A DNA stretch of 38,790 nt. Source: Myxococcota bacterium (GTDB lineage Bacteria > Myxococcota > Myxococcia > Myxococcales > Myxococcaceae). The DNA lies in contig JBMORE010000010.1 in assembly GCA_049322255.1 (NCBI GenBank), positions 1 through 38,790 of the forward strand, read 5' to 3'. Under the pieces are notes generated by a model. That model saw only the letters and a program-made list of their open reading frames with translations, made no database searches and was not told the origin of the DNA. Below are positions 38,496 through 38,790 of this stretch, in pieces; position 1 is the first letter of the stretch, and the number at the start of each line of letters is the position of its first letter. The translations under genes were made by a program, and so were the position numbers.

Positions 38496-38790
38496 CTTTG
38501 CGCCTCGTGGAAGACGAGCCGCGTCACCTCGCGGCCTCCGAGGAGCCCAACCAACCGCGCGAGGATCTGTTCCGAGGTTTTCTCCAGCTCGGCGGCCCAG
38601 ACGCGGTCGGTCACCCGCACCACCAGGGTCGTTCCCGTCAGAGCCACCGGCGAGCTGTGACGGGCGATCGTCGCGCCCACCGCTTCCTTCCAGACGGGCT
38701 CCAACGCGCCCGCAGCGCCGCACTCGCGCGCCACGCGGGTGAGGACTTGGGGCAGGAGGTCTCGAAGCTGCGAAGGTTCGCGCCGTGCCA
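38492..38790 (-). CDS. DciA/DUF721-family protein (first base of start codon just outside the window)
   Basis: Frame open to the edge: (M)ARREPSQLRDLLPQVL...WKEAVGATIARHSSP...LVVRVTDRVWAAEL...ILARL...VTRLVF. Confidence 0.82.
   Translation of the reverse strand, partial: ARREPSQLRDLLPQVLTRVARECGAAGALEPVWKEAVGATIARHSSPVALTGTTLVVRVTDRVWAAELEKTSEQILARLVGLLGGREVTRLVFHEAQR

Overview
High-GC bacterial DNA, most likely Myxococcota (Myxococcaceae/Cystobacterineae-like). This is inferred from a MYXO-CTERM sorting signal, FHA-bEBP and receiver-DUF4388 proteins, and extended r-proteins. The centre (5247-23907) is the str-S10-spc-alpha ribosomal superoperon from rpsL to rplQ, but tuf is absent after fusA and rplC (uL3) is cleanly absent between rpsJ and rplD. 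The left flank holds the 3' end of a MYXO-CTERM protein gene, a lower-GC ParE/RelE toxin-antitoxin pair with both genes frameshifted, a SurA-N-like protein, rimI and a 1054-aa degenerate-PilZ/coiled-coil protein. The right flank holds a 144-bp palindrome, two TPR lipoproteins around plsC, a deoxynucleoside kinase, a DUF2314-like protein, a catalytically degenerate FHA-sigma54-type regulator bracketed by two 34-bp boxC-like repeats, and psuG. After a 100-N gap come an Slt-type lytic transglycosylase, a small Cys-rich protein, a tandem receiver-DUF4388 protein, a CAP-domain protein and a DciA/DUF721 gene. I found no rRNA, tRNA, CRISPR array or transposase. Product calls come from motif recognition by eye, not database searches. 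I cannot demonstrate a wholly new system; the best leads are the displaced rplC/tuf, the pseudo-bEBP, the dead TA pair and promoters embedded in inverted repeats.
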